Assembly (NCBI RefSeq): GCF_006345805.1 | Contig: NC_043012.1 | Location: forward strand, 24,676,001 to 24,740,000 | DNA: 64,000 bases | Direction: 5' to 3' | DNA from: Octopus sinensis | Lineage: Eukaryota | Shown here: positions 52,250 through 63,795 of the stretch, in pieces | Layout: every line of letters begins with the position of its first letter | Numbering within the stretch: the first letter of the stretch is position 1 | Notes under the pieces: model-generated | The model's database searches: none | What the model was told of the DNA's origin: nothing | The model's input: only the letters and a program-made list of their open reading frames with translations | Made by a program: the position numbers and the translations under genes

Positions 52250-52760
52250 CATTATATTCAAACTCAGATCAATACCACTTGAGCAACTGTTCCAACCAAT
52301 GATGTTCCAACCGCGACTATTCTGCCTTTCTATGGTGTGCCTAGGACTATATTACTCAATAATTTCTCTCTCTCCCTCTCTCTCTCTCTCAGACGACAGT
52401 GTCAATGTTCAGATTCTTCATGTTAATTCCAGATCAATCATGAAAAAACAGCTTCATAATCAAAAATATTCCAAGTCTCGATTCTGTTTTCTTTTTCTCC
52501 AATAAGTCCCCCCACCCCATGAGGTCCAGTCCTTGATGTGATGTGATGGCTCATATGTTTCAATGACCCTGAGAGCTTTTGTTGTTAGTGCCAGATCAAT
52601 CATGAAACTTGGGGAGCGCAAGTTCCTAGTAGGGTTTCCCGTGCTGGACAGGTCAAAGGAGAGGGGTCAAAATAACATGGACCACTACTTACCAGGATTT
52701 CAAAATAATAATGGGTTTCGGTTGGGCCAACATGAAGGATCTGAACATTGACACTGTCAT

Positions 52761-52799
<39 letters not shown>

Positions 52800-52897
52800 A
52801 GAGAGAGAGAAATTATTGAGTAGTAATATAGTCCTAGGCACACCATTGGTCACACAGTTGTTCAATTGGTATTGATCTGGGTTTGAATAATATAATG
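52250..52897. repeat. Long inverted repeat (175/169-bp arms, 304-bp spacer)
   Basis: 52250-52424 versus 52729-52897; the arms include mirrored (CT)n/(GA)n tracts. Confidence 0.9.
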
Positions 52898-53094
52898 CTG
52901 GTTTTATTTGTATTTATGTCGTCTTAATTTATGCAACGTATAGTAATATATTTAAAATAAAATTGTATTTGTACTCCATTGATTTATCCAGCATATAAGT
53001 GAAAACAAAAAAAGCACAAAAGGCAGTAACAGAAGCATCGATGACATTTAAAAACCAAAACCTGGGAGCGGGAGGCCTTCTCTCATATATTCTT

Positions 53095-53677
53095 TCCAAC
53101 TCTAGGCACAAAGCCTGAAATGATTTTTAAGGGAGGGATCCAGTCGATTAGATCGAGCCCAGTACGCAACTGGTACTTAATTTATTGATCCCGAAAAGAT
53201 GAAAAGCAAAGTCGACCACGGCGGAATTTGAACTCAGAATGTAAAGATAGACATAATACTTATTTCTTTACTACCCACAAGGGGCTAAACATAGAGAGGA
53301 CAAACAAGGACAGATAAACGGATTAAGTCGATTATATTGACCCCAGTGCGTAACTGGTACTTAATTTATCGACTCCGAAAGGATGAAATGCAAAGTCGAC
53401 TGCGGCAGAATTCGAACTCAGAACGTAACGGCAGACGTAATACATACTTTTTATTACCCACAAGGGGCTAAACACAGAGAGGATAAACAAGGACAGACAA
53501 ACGGATTAAGTCGATTATATCGACCCCAGTGCGTAACTGGTACTTAATTTATCGACTCCGAAAGGATGAAAGGCAAAGTCGACTGCGGCAGAATTCGAAC
53601 TCAGAACGTAACGGCAGACGTAATACAGCTAAGCATTTCACCCGGCGTGCTAATGTTTCTGCCAGCTCGCCGCCTTG
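53095..53677 (-). mobile_element. SINE family A trimer
   Basis: Head at 53677, two long-tail units, then a short-tail unit. Confidence 0.9.
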
Positions 53678-53704
53678 AGATAATTTAATAATTGAATAAT
53701 AAAT

Positions 53705-53777
53705 ATATCTGCAGCGCAGAGGATAGCGCGCTGGACTTTCAACCCAGAGATCATAGGTTCGAATCCTACCAGCGATG
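53705..53777 (+). pseudogene. tRNA pseudogene with a tRNA-Arg(TCT)-like body and a TTC anticodon loop
   Basis: Cloverleaf ATATCTG-CA-GCGC-AGAGGATA-GCGC-G-CTGGA-CTTTCAA-CCCAG-AGATC-ATAGG-TTCGAAT-CCTAC-CAGCGAT-G; mismatches in the acceptor, anticodon and T stems, and U8 is lost. Confidence 0.75.
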
Positions 53778-55222
53778 CGGATATACTATTTCTGTGTTCA
53801 TCTAATTCTTTAACTATTTTTGGTCATGCTGCAACACTACTGCACTGCTATACTTTTGCAATGTTCGTCGTATAAATTGAGATCTTTCGAGATTCAAATT
53901 ACCGCAACCGCACCACCGACCTGTTTGCTATTTTACCATCAACTCTTTGACTGTTTGTTGGTGTTGCTATTGTTGTTGCTGTTGTTTTATAGCTTTAGAA
54001 ATTGTTTTCTTTTGGTATATTGGATTGGTTTACTGTGTTGGTTTTGTTACAATTGACTGGAATCGGTTAACTTTCTATCTAAACTGCTGAACAACCTGTT
54101 GCTGATTGCTTAAGGAAATTCTAGAATCGTAGGAATCGGTCTACCTTTTTTTTCTCTTAATTGGTGAACAATCTGTTGCTTATTGTTGCTTATGATTACA
54201 ATTGAAGAATTCGTTTATATTCTGTCATAAATGGTAAACTAATGATGATGGTGATCATCGTCGTCGTCGTTGTTGTCGTTGTCATCATCATCACAGTGGG
54301 GATAGTAATGATGACGCTAATGGTGATGGTAGTGTTGGTGGTGAGGACGATGACGGAGGGAGAGGAGGAGGAGGAGGAGGAGGTGGATGAGTAGGAAGAG
54401 GATAATTGCTTGTAACACAGGCACGGGATTACCCACACTTTATTTTATATTGACATTGTGACGGTTGGGAAGATTGAAAGCAAATTTCGTCCTTGATCGG
54501 ATTGAGCTCAGGTCGTAAAGTATCATGAGAAATATCAATGGTTTGGTCGACACTCCAGTAATCTTTGTTCATCCAAATATTAAACAACAGTTGCAACAGC
54601 AGTAGCAACAGCAGCAGTAGCAGTAGTAGTAATAGTAGTAGTAGTAGCAGCAGCAGCAGCAGCAGAAGTTTTTGACTTGAGGGTATAAAACCTAAGATAT
54701 CTATGAATGACCATACTTAGTTATATGATATTTACGCCGCATTAATTTATCCAACATGTAGTTATCTTTATTACAATTGAGAAAACTGCTTATCAAATAG
54801 TTGGCATTATGTAACGTTTACTAAAAGAGTGCAATTATTAAAGGCTAGACTGTCTGGAATTTTTTCTATAAATTCTAGTTAAAATATATATATATATATA
54901 TATATTTTTTTTTTATCAAAATGCTGTTTTGTAACTTCTTTATAATTGAATATTTCAAGTACACACTTGAATCAAAAATGTTATTCAATGCGTATTTCAG
55001 TTTACTGAAGAGAAGCGCTTTTCAACGTCTGTTTATACTTCTGGAAATATATGGTTGCTCAAATATTTACAATGCTACTTTTAACAAATTATGAATCTAA
55101 GCCAGCGTCAACCAATTATGCTGATTCCAGAATTCTTTCATATTAGTAGAGTGTTGTTGGAGAAATAGAAAACTGAATAAAAAAACTAGCTTTGATTTAT
55201 TTACGTTAGTTGGACGTAACTA

Positions 55223-55388
55223 CAGAAGTGTACACCTCTACCCGCCAATTTTTTCTCCTTATAACTTTCAGGAAAATGGCTGGTTTTGAATGAAATTTTA
55301 TATTTCTTTCAAAACTATTTAGATGGTACAAATTACAGTTACACCGGAATTTAAGTAAAGAAAAAAAATGTAGAGGCGGACACTTCAC
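55223..55388. mobile_element. MITE, probably Tc1/mariner-derived
   Basis: TIRs GAAGTGTACACCTCTAC (55225-55241) and GTAGAGGCGGACACTTC (55370-55386), 15/17 match; left end TA|CAG. Confidence 0.55.
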
Positions 55389-56186
55389 GCATTTCGACTT
55401 TGTTCTCATGTGTTTTGATGATTTTATTACAATTATGTTGGGAAAAATACTTTTGAGGATTCTTCTACCCTTTACCGAAAGTTTTCCGAAAGAAATCTTT
55501 CTCCAAAGCGGAGTACAATGCTAGCGCTAGTTATTGAATGCACATTTCTTTCGTTATTTTATCGCAGTTAAGGCAGCGAGCTGGCAGAATCGTTGGCAAA
55601 TCGGTCAAAATGCTTACTGACATTTCGTCCGTCCTTACGTTCTGAGTTCAAATCCCGCTGAGGTCAATTTTGCCTTTCATCATTTCGTGGTCGATAAATT
55701 AAGTACCAGTGAAACACTGGGGTTGATCTAATCGTACTAGTCCCCTCCCGCAAAATTTCTGGTCTTGTGCCTTCAGTAGAAAGGATTATTTTATCGTAGT
55801 TTCAATCTCTCTCTTTTAAAGAAACTTAAAGTTTGTCCGTCCTCTACGCTAGAAATAGCAGGGACCACATGAGTCTCAAAACAATTTTTTTTCAATATAC
55901 CATAATTAAATAAGTCGTAATGCATGAAACAGCCGCTCCATTTTTCCCTATTAAATTCCTATATAATCGTAATCTAAAAGCTATTTGTAGAAAATGTCAT
56001 TAAAAATTCTCATTTTTCTGAAAGCTATGAGGAAACAAATTTGGTGGGGCACATTTCTGTATATATGCCCTAAACTTATTGAGCGAGTGAATACTATTAA
56101 ATGAATAAAGAATTCAAAGAAGAATTAGATGTAAAATAGTAGAAAAATAGCACAAATTGGGAATCTAATTTGCAAATATTACTCAA

Positions 56187-56558
56187 CTAGCACTATGACC
56201 CGGCAACGCCGGGTCATAATGCTAGTACATGCATATACAGATGCGTGCATGCACACATACACGCGAGTACTGTCCAAATCTCCGACCAACCACATACAGC
56301 TAGCAAGCTTTCAATTGGCGTATCAAGTTTCGGGCAATTTGATTGGGTTTTGGATAGAAAATTCACAAAAAAGTCACTTCTATTGACTTTTTAATGGCTC
56401 TGCGGGGTGACTGGGGAAATATAAAGATGTGCACGACCACTCTTGGACGGTTTTGAATGACCATAGAAAGTGCGAGCCCTTTAACTGAAAAATTGTGGAT
56501 TTGTATAAAGGACACACACACACACAGACAGACATTTTGCCGTTTATATATATAGTGA
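56187..56558 (-). mobile_element. Non-autonomous Helitron (372 bp)
   Basis: On the minus strand it begins A|TC(ACTATATATATAAA..TGTCTGTCTGTGTG) and ends with the GC hairpin CCCGGCGTTGCCGGG then CTAG|T, the canonical Helitron termini and A-T target. Confidence 0.75.
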
Positions 56559-57934
56559 TAACAAGGAGAAAACCGCCCGGAGGGCAGTTTCTCTGCTAGT
56601 ATTTTTTATCTTTTATCTTTCGCCTGTTTCAGTCACCAGACTGCGGCCATGCTGGAGCACCGCCTTAATATAATCAATGTAGATTTTATTTGTATTTATA
56701 CAGTCTTAATTTATGCAACATGTAGTAATATATTTAAAATAGATTGTATTTGTATTCGTGCTACGTTAATTTATTCAACATGTATATTTAAAGTAGATTG
56801 TATTTTTTAAAGTACATTTTTCAAAATATTTTCTGTCTGTTTTTAGGTTGTTCCTAACAGTCCAGCCCAAGGAAGACTGCACGGTGGGGATGCGATCTTA
56901 GCTATTGGCAGCACAAATACGCAGAACCTCACTCACATGCAAGCTCACCAATTAATTAGTAATGCAGGCAATATGCTCCAGTTGACACTCATTAAGTAAG
57001 TAAAGAACGTTTAAGTTTATCTATATATATAGAAATTAATAGTGGTTAGCGTATTTGACTCAGGTTCGCACGGTCATGGTTTCGATCCCCTGAGTGGATA
57101 CCGTATTGAGCAAAGCACTTTATTCCTCGTTCCTCCAGCTCAGTCAGCAGAAAATTAGTACCATTAACAGCTGGGTGGTGGTGGTGGTGGTGGTGGTGCT
57201 GCTGCTGCTGCTGGTGGTGGTGGTGGCGGCGGATGGGCGTGGAGAATAAAGCCTGCAACGATCTGGAAACTCATTGGTATATCAGTCGATTAAACGCTTT
57301 GGAAACTGGAACAAGCTCCGTTTTAATGTGCTTTTCTAGATTCTTGGCAAATTCTAAAATATCCCTCCATGCAACCAATGCGAGAGTCTCTGCAGGCCAA
57401 TGCAAGGAAGATCAAAGCCAAGAAAATTATTTGCACTTTCAGGCAAAAATGTATTCCAGACATCCTTTCATGCCGCTGGATGTAACGAATGAGTGTTTTC
57501 AATTGCGTGCTTCGTATTGAAATTCTTCCAAAATTCTTGAAGTAAAATAGAACCCTTCTCCATTTGTAGTATCAATTGCGAAAATTCTTTTATTGAAAAT
57601 CCTTTCTACTATCGGCACAATGCCTGAAATTATGGGAGAGATGGCTGTCGGGGTAGCCTAGTATATTACATCGACCCCAGCGCTTGAGTGGTTCTTGTTT
57701 ACTCAACCTCGAAAGGATGAAAATCAGAGTCGACCTCGACAGTATTTGAAAACAAAACTTAAAGCCGGAAGATACGCCGCAAAGCATTTCGTCCAGAGTA
57801 ATAACTATCTCGCCTGCTCGGCACCTTGAGCTCTTATAATAAAAGTAGCAGTGAAAGAAGAAAAAAGTATCGAATTTGATGCGAAGAAAACAACTTTTAA
57901 TTTAGTGACTTTAAATGCTTTGGTGAGTTTCTAG

Positions 57935-58090
57935 AACTCATGGGCAAACTGCGGCCCGCGAGACGTTCTGAATGGTATGCTTGACGAAAAAGTACCATGA
58001 ATTTTTTCTTTTTTTTTTGTGGGGTATTGCGGACCGTCTGATGATTCATGTCTCATGTGACTCACATCTCGAAAAAGCTTGCCCACGAAA
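57935..58090. mobile_element. hAT/Charlie-like MITE remnant
   Basis: Left end CATGGGCAAACTGCGGCCCGCG and right end AAAAAGCTTGCCCACG resemble recalled Charlie-type termini. Confidence 0.5.
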
Positions 58091-58145
58091 GACCTTTGAG
58101 AGCAAAAAAACTACTGAGCAAAAATAAGCCATCAAAAATAAGCCA

Positions 58146-58568
58146 TGGAGCGCAGGAGTGGCTGTATGATAAATAGCTTGCTAACCAACCACATGGTTCC
58201 AGGTTCAGTCCCACTGCGTGGCACCTTGGGCAAGTGTCTTCTGCTATAGCCTCGGGCCGACCAATGCCTTGTGAGTGGATTTGGTAGACGGAAACTGAAA
58301 GAAGCCCGTCGTATATATATATATATATATATTTGTGTGTGTGTGTGTTTGTGTGTCTGTGTTTGTCCCCCTAGCATTGCTTGACAACCGATGCTGGTTT
58401 GTTTACATCCCCGTCACTTAGCGGTTCGGCAAAAGAGACCGATAGAATAAGTACTGGGCTTACAAAGAATAAGTCCCGGGGTCGATTTGCTCGACTAAAG
58501 GCGGTGCTCCAGCATGGCCACAGTCAAATGACTGAAACAAGTAAAAGAGTAAAAGAGTAAAAGAGTAA
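58146..58568 (+). mobile_element. SINE family B, full length, young-looking
   Basis: GGAGCGCAGGAGTGGCTG head to (GTAAAAGA)n tail. Confidence 0.92.
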
Positions 58569-59081
58569 ACGACCTTAAAACACTGATCAGCTGACCCATT
58601 CTTTCTCATCTAAACGCTAACTGACCGGAAGAATTTCTTTATTGCTGTCTTTTAAAGCCCTACAATTTTGATACACAAATAATTGTTCTAATTTAAAATC
58701 TCCTTCTGTATTATCTATTACTAAAATTATATTACAGTTTGTTGGTATTTCGTAACTAGACTTCAATATGTCATGCATTGTCAAAGAAAGTTCTTACTTT
58801 ACGAACATCTTAAAGTATTAAATAATTAATTCTAAATACACTAAAAAGGTCAGAATAAGCTAGTTTGTTTTCATGTTGGTGGCTATGGGGCGAATGCAGT
58901 GACATTAGTTTGACAGCTGACCTCTACAATTGTTATATAATATGACTGTTAATCAAGAGTAAGAAGTGGACCTTTCTTTCGCTCAGCTTACTGAATTTTA
59001 AATCTCACTAATTTTAAAACTGCACTTAAGGAGAAATACAAAACAAATACAAATGTATATTTTATGTATGTATATATATAT

Positions 59082-59126
<45 letters not shown>

Positions 59127-59133
<7 letters not shown>

Positions 59134-59233
59134 TGAAAGCTCTGGTTCTCATACGATCTCCGAAGTTAAGCAACGTCGAGCCCAGTGAGTACATAGATTG
59201 GTAACCGCTTAGGAAATCTAGGTGTTGTAAGCG
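59127..59233 (+). pseudogene. 5S rRNA pseudogene, 5'-truncated
   Basis: CACGTTGAAAGCTCTGGTTCTCATACGATCTCCGAAGTTAAGCAACGTCGAGCCCAGTGAGTACATAGATTGGTAACCGCTTAGGAAATCTAGGTGTTGTAAGC aligns with metazoan 5S rRNA; box C (GGATGGGTGACC) is mutated and the first about 12 nt are replaced by (AT)n. Confidence 0.9.
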
Positions 59234-59340
59234 TCTCATTCCTAATGTATGTATGTATGTATGTATGTATGTATGTATGTATGTTGTATGTATGTATGTG
59301 TATTAGAAGGTTTGGAGATGATGTATAGGTATTATATATG

Positions 59341-59539
59341 AGAAGAAATAAGGTACTCAGAAATCTGGATGGTTTTGTATTTACAGATATTTATTAATAT
59401 GTCACATGTTTTTATAAATCTATTGAAGACTCCACTAGAGTGGACGCAAGCGCAAATATATGATTTATAAAAACGTGAAATATTAATAAATATCTGTAAA
59501 TACAAAGCCATCCAGATTTCTGAGTACCTTATTTCTTCT
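59341..59539. repeat. Foldback element (80/78-bp arms, 41-bp loop)
   Basis: AGAAGAAATAAGGTACTCAGAAATCTGGATGG.. versus ..CCATCCAGATTTCTGAGTACCTTATTTCTTCT; 2 substitutions plus one 2-nt indel. Confidence 0.92.
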
Positions 59540-60306
59540 AATATATCAATAATACTATATTTGTTCCACGTCCTCGCGTTGTTGTGTTTTTTTGTGCTTT
59601 CTTGTTTGGATTAACTATATATATATGTGTGTGTGTATGTATGTATGTATGTATGTATGTATGTATGTATGTACGTATAGTAACAGACACAGTGACTGAT
59701 AGACTCGTAAACGTATGGAAAGAGAAACGGTTATGTTTAATAGACCATAGATACAAGCGCGTGTGCCTGTTATCTGAACAAAAGGTTACAAAGATTCCAC
59801 ATTAACAAACGTTTCTGTGTCAGAACATTGGGTTAACAGGTACTTTATATTAAGAGTACATATTCTTTCTTTTTCTACAACAAAAAAAGTTCTTTTATCC
59901 AATGTACTTATTCCGTATATTTCTTCAGAATGTGTTAAACGGTAAAAATAAAAATAAACTAAGTTATGCAACGCTTAATACATTGAGATTACTTTCACTT
60001 TCAGCGCGAGATTCCACACATTTTGCGGACATAAATGAAATATCGTTTCCATTGTTAAAGCTTGACTTCTTGTTGAACGGCGGCCAACTCCCCTTCAAAC
60101 ATCGCACTCGCTTGTATCATAGCAAATAAGAAAACGAATACTGACGGTGTAGTTCTATGCTTTATCCTTAAAAAGCCAGGTTGTTCACGGCTGGAATGTC
60201 TTTGAGGATATGTTTGCTAGATTAGGGCTCAGGACTGATCTTGGGGCAGTGGGAAGAGGGATAAACCGCTGCTGCTGCTTGTCCTCCTCATCCTCCTCAT
60301 CCTCCG

Positions 60307-60354
<48 letters not shown>

Positions 60355-60629
60355 ACTGTTACTACTGCTACTGGTGCTGCTACTACTACTACTACTGTTA
60401 CTACTGCTACTGGTGGTGCTGCTGCTGCAGCTATAAATCCCTACATTGATGATGATGATGGTGATGATGACGATGGTATTTTACTTGAAGCAGAATGGCT
60501 TAAGGTAACCTCAGATGTAATGGTTGAGTGCAACACAAGAAGCAATGATTTAAACGTAGTCCACTAGAAATAGAAGGTCACTCAGACCGAGAGTCCAACA
60601 AGCAGCAGTAGCAGCAGCAGCAGCAGCAG

Positions 60630-60664
<35 letters not shown>

Positions 60665-60863
60665 GTAGCATCAGAAGTAGTAGTTGTCAAGGCATCGGAT
60701 AGAATGGCTAAAATGCTTTGCTCCTCCGGCTTTCTTCCCTCTCAGTTTGAATCCCTCCGTCAATGTTGCCTGTCATACTTCTTCTGATAGTGATTAGCAA
60801 ATAAATTACTAATTAAAATACTGAGAGGTGAAAATGTGGAGGGAGGAGGCATTTTTCTTCCCC

Positions 60864-60932
<69 letters not shown>

Positions 60933-62254
60933 TAATCGACCTTATGGGAGTCTTGTAAGAAAACTCGTAAAACAATGCAACGAAAAGCCACGAAGAACTA
61001 AAACTTTCAATAACAATCAAATGATGCTTGTCATAGGATTGATTCATCGATGGCCGTTGGTCGATTCGATGGTGAAAGGAAGGAAGGAACGAACGAAAGA
61101 AGAAGTGCTTTTGCATCGTAAACATTATTTGTGTTACACTGTAGGTGCGGCGGAACAGAAAAGCCAGTTTCTTGATATCAGAGCCATTAATGTCTGCCAA
61201 GATTTCGTCCGTCTTTACATTCTGAGTTCAAAGTCCGCCAAGGCCGACTTTGCCTTTTGAGGTCGATAAAATAAGTACCAGTTGTGTACTGGGGTCAATG
61301 TAATCGACTAATTTCCAAATCCTAAATTTCAAGCCTTGCGCCTAGTGTAGAAAGAATTGTTGTTTTTGTTGTTGTTTAGAGCGGCGAGTTGGCAGAATAT
61401 TTAGTCCACCGGACGCAATTCTTAGCGACATTTCTTAAGGTTTTACGTTCTGAGTCCAGGACGCAAAGTTCAGAAACGCCGAGGTCGACTTTGCCTTTCA
61501 TCCTTTCAGAGCCGATAAAATAAGTACCAGTTAAGTACTTGGGTCAGTGTAATCGACTTGCCCCTTGTCCTAACATTTCAGGCCTTGTACCTATATTGGT
61601 TTCAAACTTTGGCACCAGGCCAGCAATTTCGAAGGAGGGGGTAAGTCGATTATATTGACCCCAGTGCTCAACTGGTACTTATTTTATCGATCTCGAAAGG
61701 ATGAAAGGCAAGGTCGCCCTCGGCGGAATTTGAACTCAGGTCTTGTACCTATATTAGAAAGGATTATTACTGCACCAACAAAGGCGGCGAGCTGGGGGAA
61801 GTTAGTGCGTCGAACAAAAAAATGCTTAGAGGCATTTTCTTCAAATTTCGTCGAGGTCGACTTTACCTTTCATTCTTTCGGGAGGGGACGTCGATAAAAT
61901 AAGTACCAGTCGAGCAATGGGGGTCAATGTAATGACTCACCCCCATTCTCTAAAATTGCTGGCCTCATGGTTAAAAATTAGAAATAATTATTATTCGTTG
62001 AACCAACTGCTAACTTACACTTAGTCAAGCATTTCGACATAGAGATCGATAAAATAAACATCAGATTTTAAAATCTCTACTACGAGTTGACATGGACGAC
62101 TAAAACTCTTCTAAAAGATACTCCAGAATGGCCGCAGTTCTTTAATTTGGACAAATAAAAAAAGAAAAGAAAAACAACTTGTCAGTGATATAAACAGATG
62201 TTAATTTATGCAAGGAATTAATTATAAAAGCACTCGATAATTCATGTCTTTTTT

Positions 62255-62800
62255 CTCTCTTTTTACTTGTTTCAGTCATTTGACTGTGGCCACGCTGGAG
62301 CACTGCCTTTAGTCGAGCAAATCGACCCCAGGACTTATTTTTTGTAAGCCCAGTAGTTAGCTAGTTAATTTTTTGGCTCAAAAAGCAAAAAGCAAGGCAA
62401 TGTAGGGGGACATGGAGTTATGTACAGGGTGGTGTTCATGTAGAGAGTTCAGGCCACTTGAGGTCAAGGGAGACTTTGAACCGAGCGGTCGTCGGCATCT
62501 TCACCATCTCGTCGTCTCGTTTTCCGAACCGCTAAGTTACGGGGACATAAACACACCTGCATCGGTTGTCAAGCGATGTTGGGGGAACAAACACTGATAC
62601 ACAAACACACACACACATATATATATGTATGTATACGATGGGCTTCTTGCAGTTTCCGTCTACCAAATTCACTCACAAGGCTTTGGTCGGCCCGAGGCTA
62701 TAGTAGAAGACACTTGCCCAAGGTGCCACGCAGTGGGACTGAACCCGGAGCCATGTGGTTCGTTAGCAAGCTACTTACCACACAGCCACTCCTACGCCTG
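62255..62800 (-). mobile_element. SINE family B interrupted by an about 160-bp insertion (about 62358-62520)
   Basis: The consensus breaks after CCCAGTA and resumes at TTTCCGAACCGC. Confidence 0.8.
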
Positions 62801-63051
62801 CATTGTTACGAATGCATTAATTATTTCTTGATTCCACTTGTTGATTAGTTATCTAAATATTTAGTGATAAAAAATAATCGATGATTAATGAGTACTCATT
62901 GTTGCGAATGTGTTAATTGTTGATATTCATTGATGCAGGCTTGTTCGTAATTTTAGAACTGTCGCCATTTGAACGAAACTCTGTTGCTAATGTTTCAACT
63001 GTTAAATTAATGCTAATTTGTTAATGTTCATTTTGGTTTCTCTCTTTGCAG

Positions 63052-63243
63052 ACAAGCTTTCGCTCCACCCTCAGATATCCGCCCCAAAGGTCCACTGAAG
63101 TTCTCACCATGGAAACACCAACAACAGTAATAACAGCAGAAAGCAGCAGCAACACCACCAAGAACAACTCTAACAGAATATCAACAGCAGCAACAACAGC
63201 AGCAGCAACAGCTTCAGCAACATCAGGAATGGCATTTACATAA
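63052..63243 (+). CDS. Candidate terminal coding exon of an unidentified gene (frame ambiguous)
   Basis: Branch-like TGCTAAT (63011), pyrimidine tract TTTTGGTTTCTCTCTTTGCAG acceptor, then non-repetitive sequence reading QAFAPPSDIRPKGPLKFSPWKHQQQ* (stop 63128-63130) or TSFRSTLRYPP..GMAFT* (stop 63241-63243); no family recognised. Confidence 0.25.
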   Translation, partial: TSFRSTLRYPPQRSTEVLTMETPTTVITAESSSNTTKNNSNRISTAATTAAATASATSGMAFT

Positions 63244-63629
63244 CTGCAAGACCTAGAAAATATCTGTGCGCATGCGTGCGCGCGCGTGTGTATGTGTGTG
63301 GATGGATGCGCTTGTATGTAAGCATATATGATTGTACGTATGTGTATGTGTGTGTACGAATGTTAATGTAAAATTTAAGGAATATTTTATAAACAATTGC
63401 ATATTTAGTAAGACAAAAAAACACACACACACACTACCACAACAAACACCATCACCACCACTAATAGTAATAATAATAACAACAACAACAACAACAGAGA
63501 AATGTTGATGATACGGACTATATAACAAATATGTGATAACAGCAATTATAACGACAACAGCAACAACAACATCAATAATGATAATAACAACAACAATAGT
63601 AACCACAATATTAATTTCTTTATTGCTTT

Positions 63630-63640
63630 TTGAGAGTTGG

Positions 63641-63675
<35 letters not shown>

Positions 63676-63737
63676 GTAATAATAATAATAATAACAATAA
63701 TAATAATAATAATATAATAATAATAATAATAATAATA

Positions 63738-63791
<54 letters not shown>

Positions 63792-63795
63792 TAGC
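63630..63795. repeat. (AAT)n microsatellite
   Basis: Direct reading. Confidence 0.97.

Noticed and set aside
57233-57520. 95-aa plus-strand ORF and a hydrophobic signal-peptide-like minus frame
   Set aside because: No motif, homology or exon structure supportable by eye
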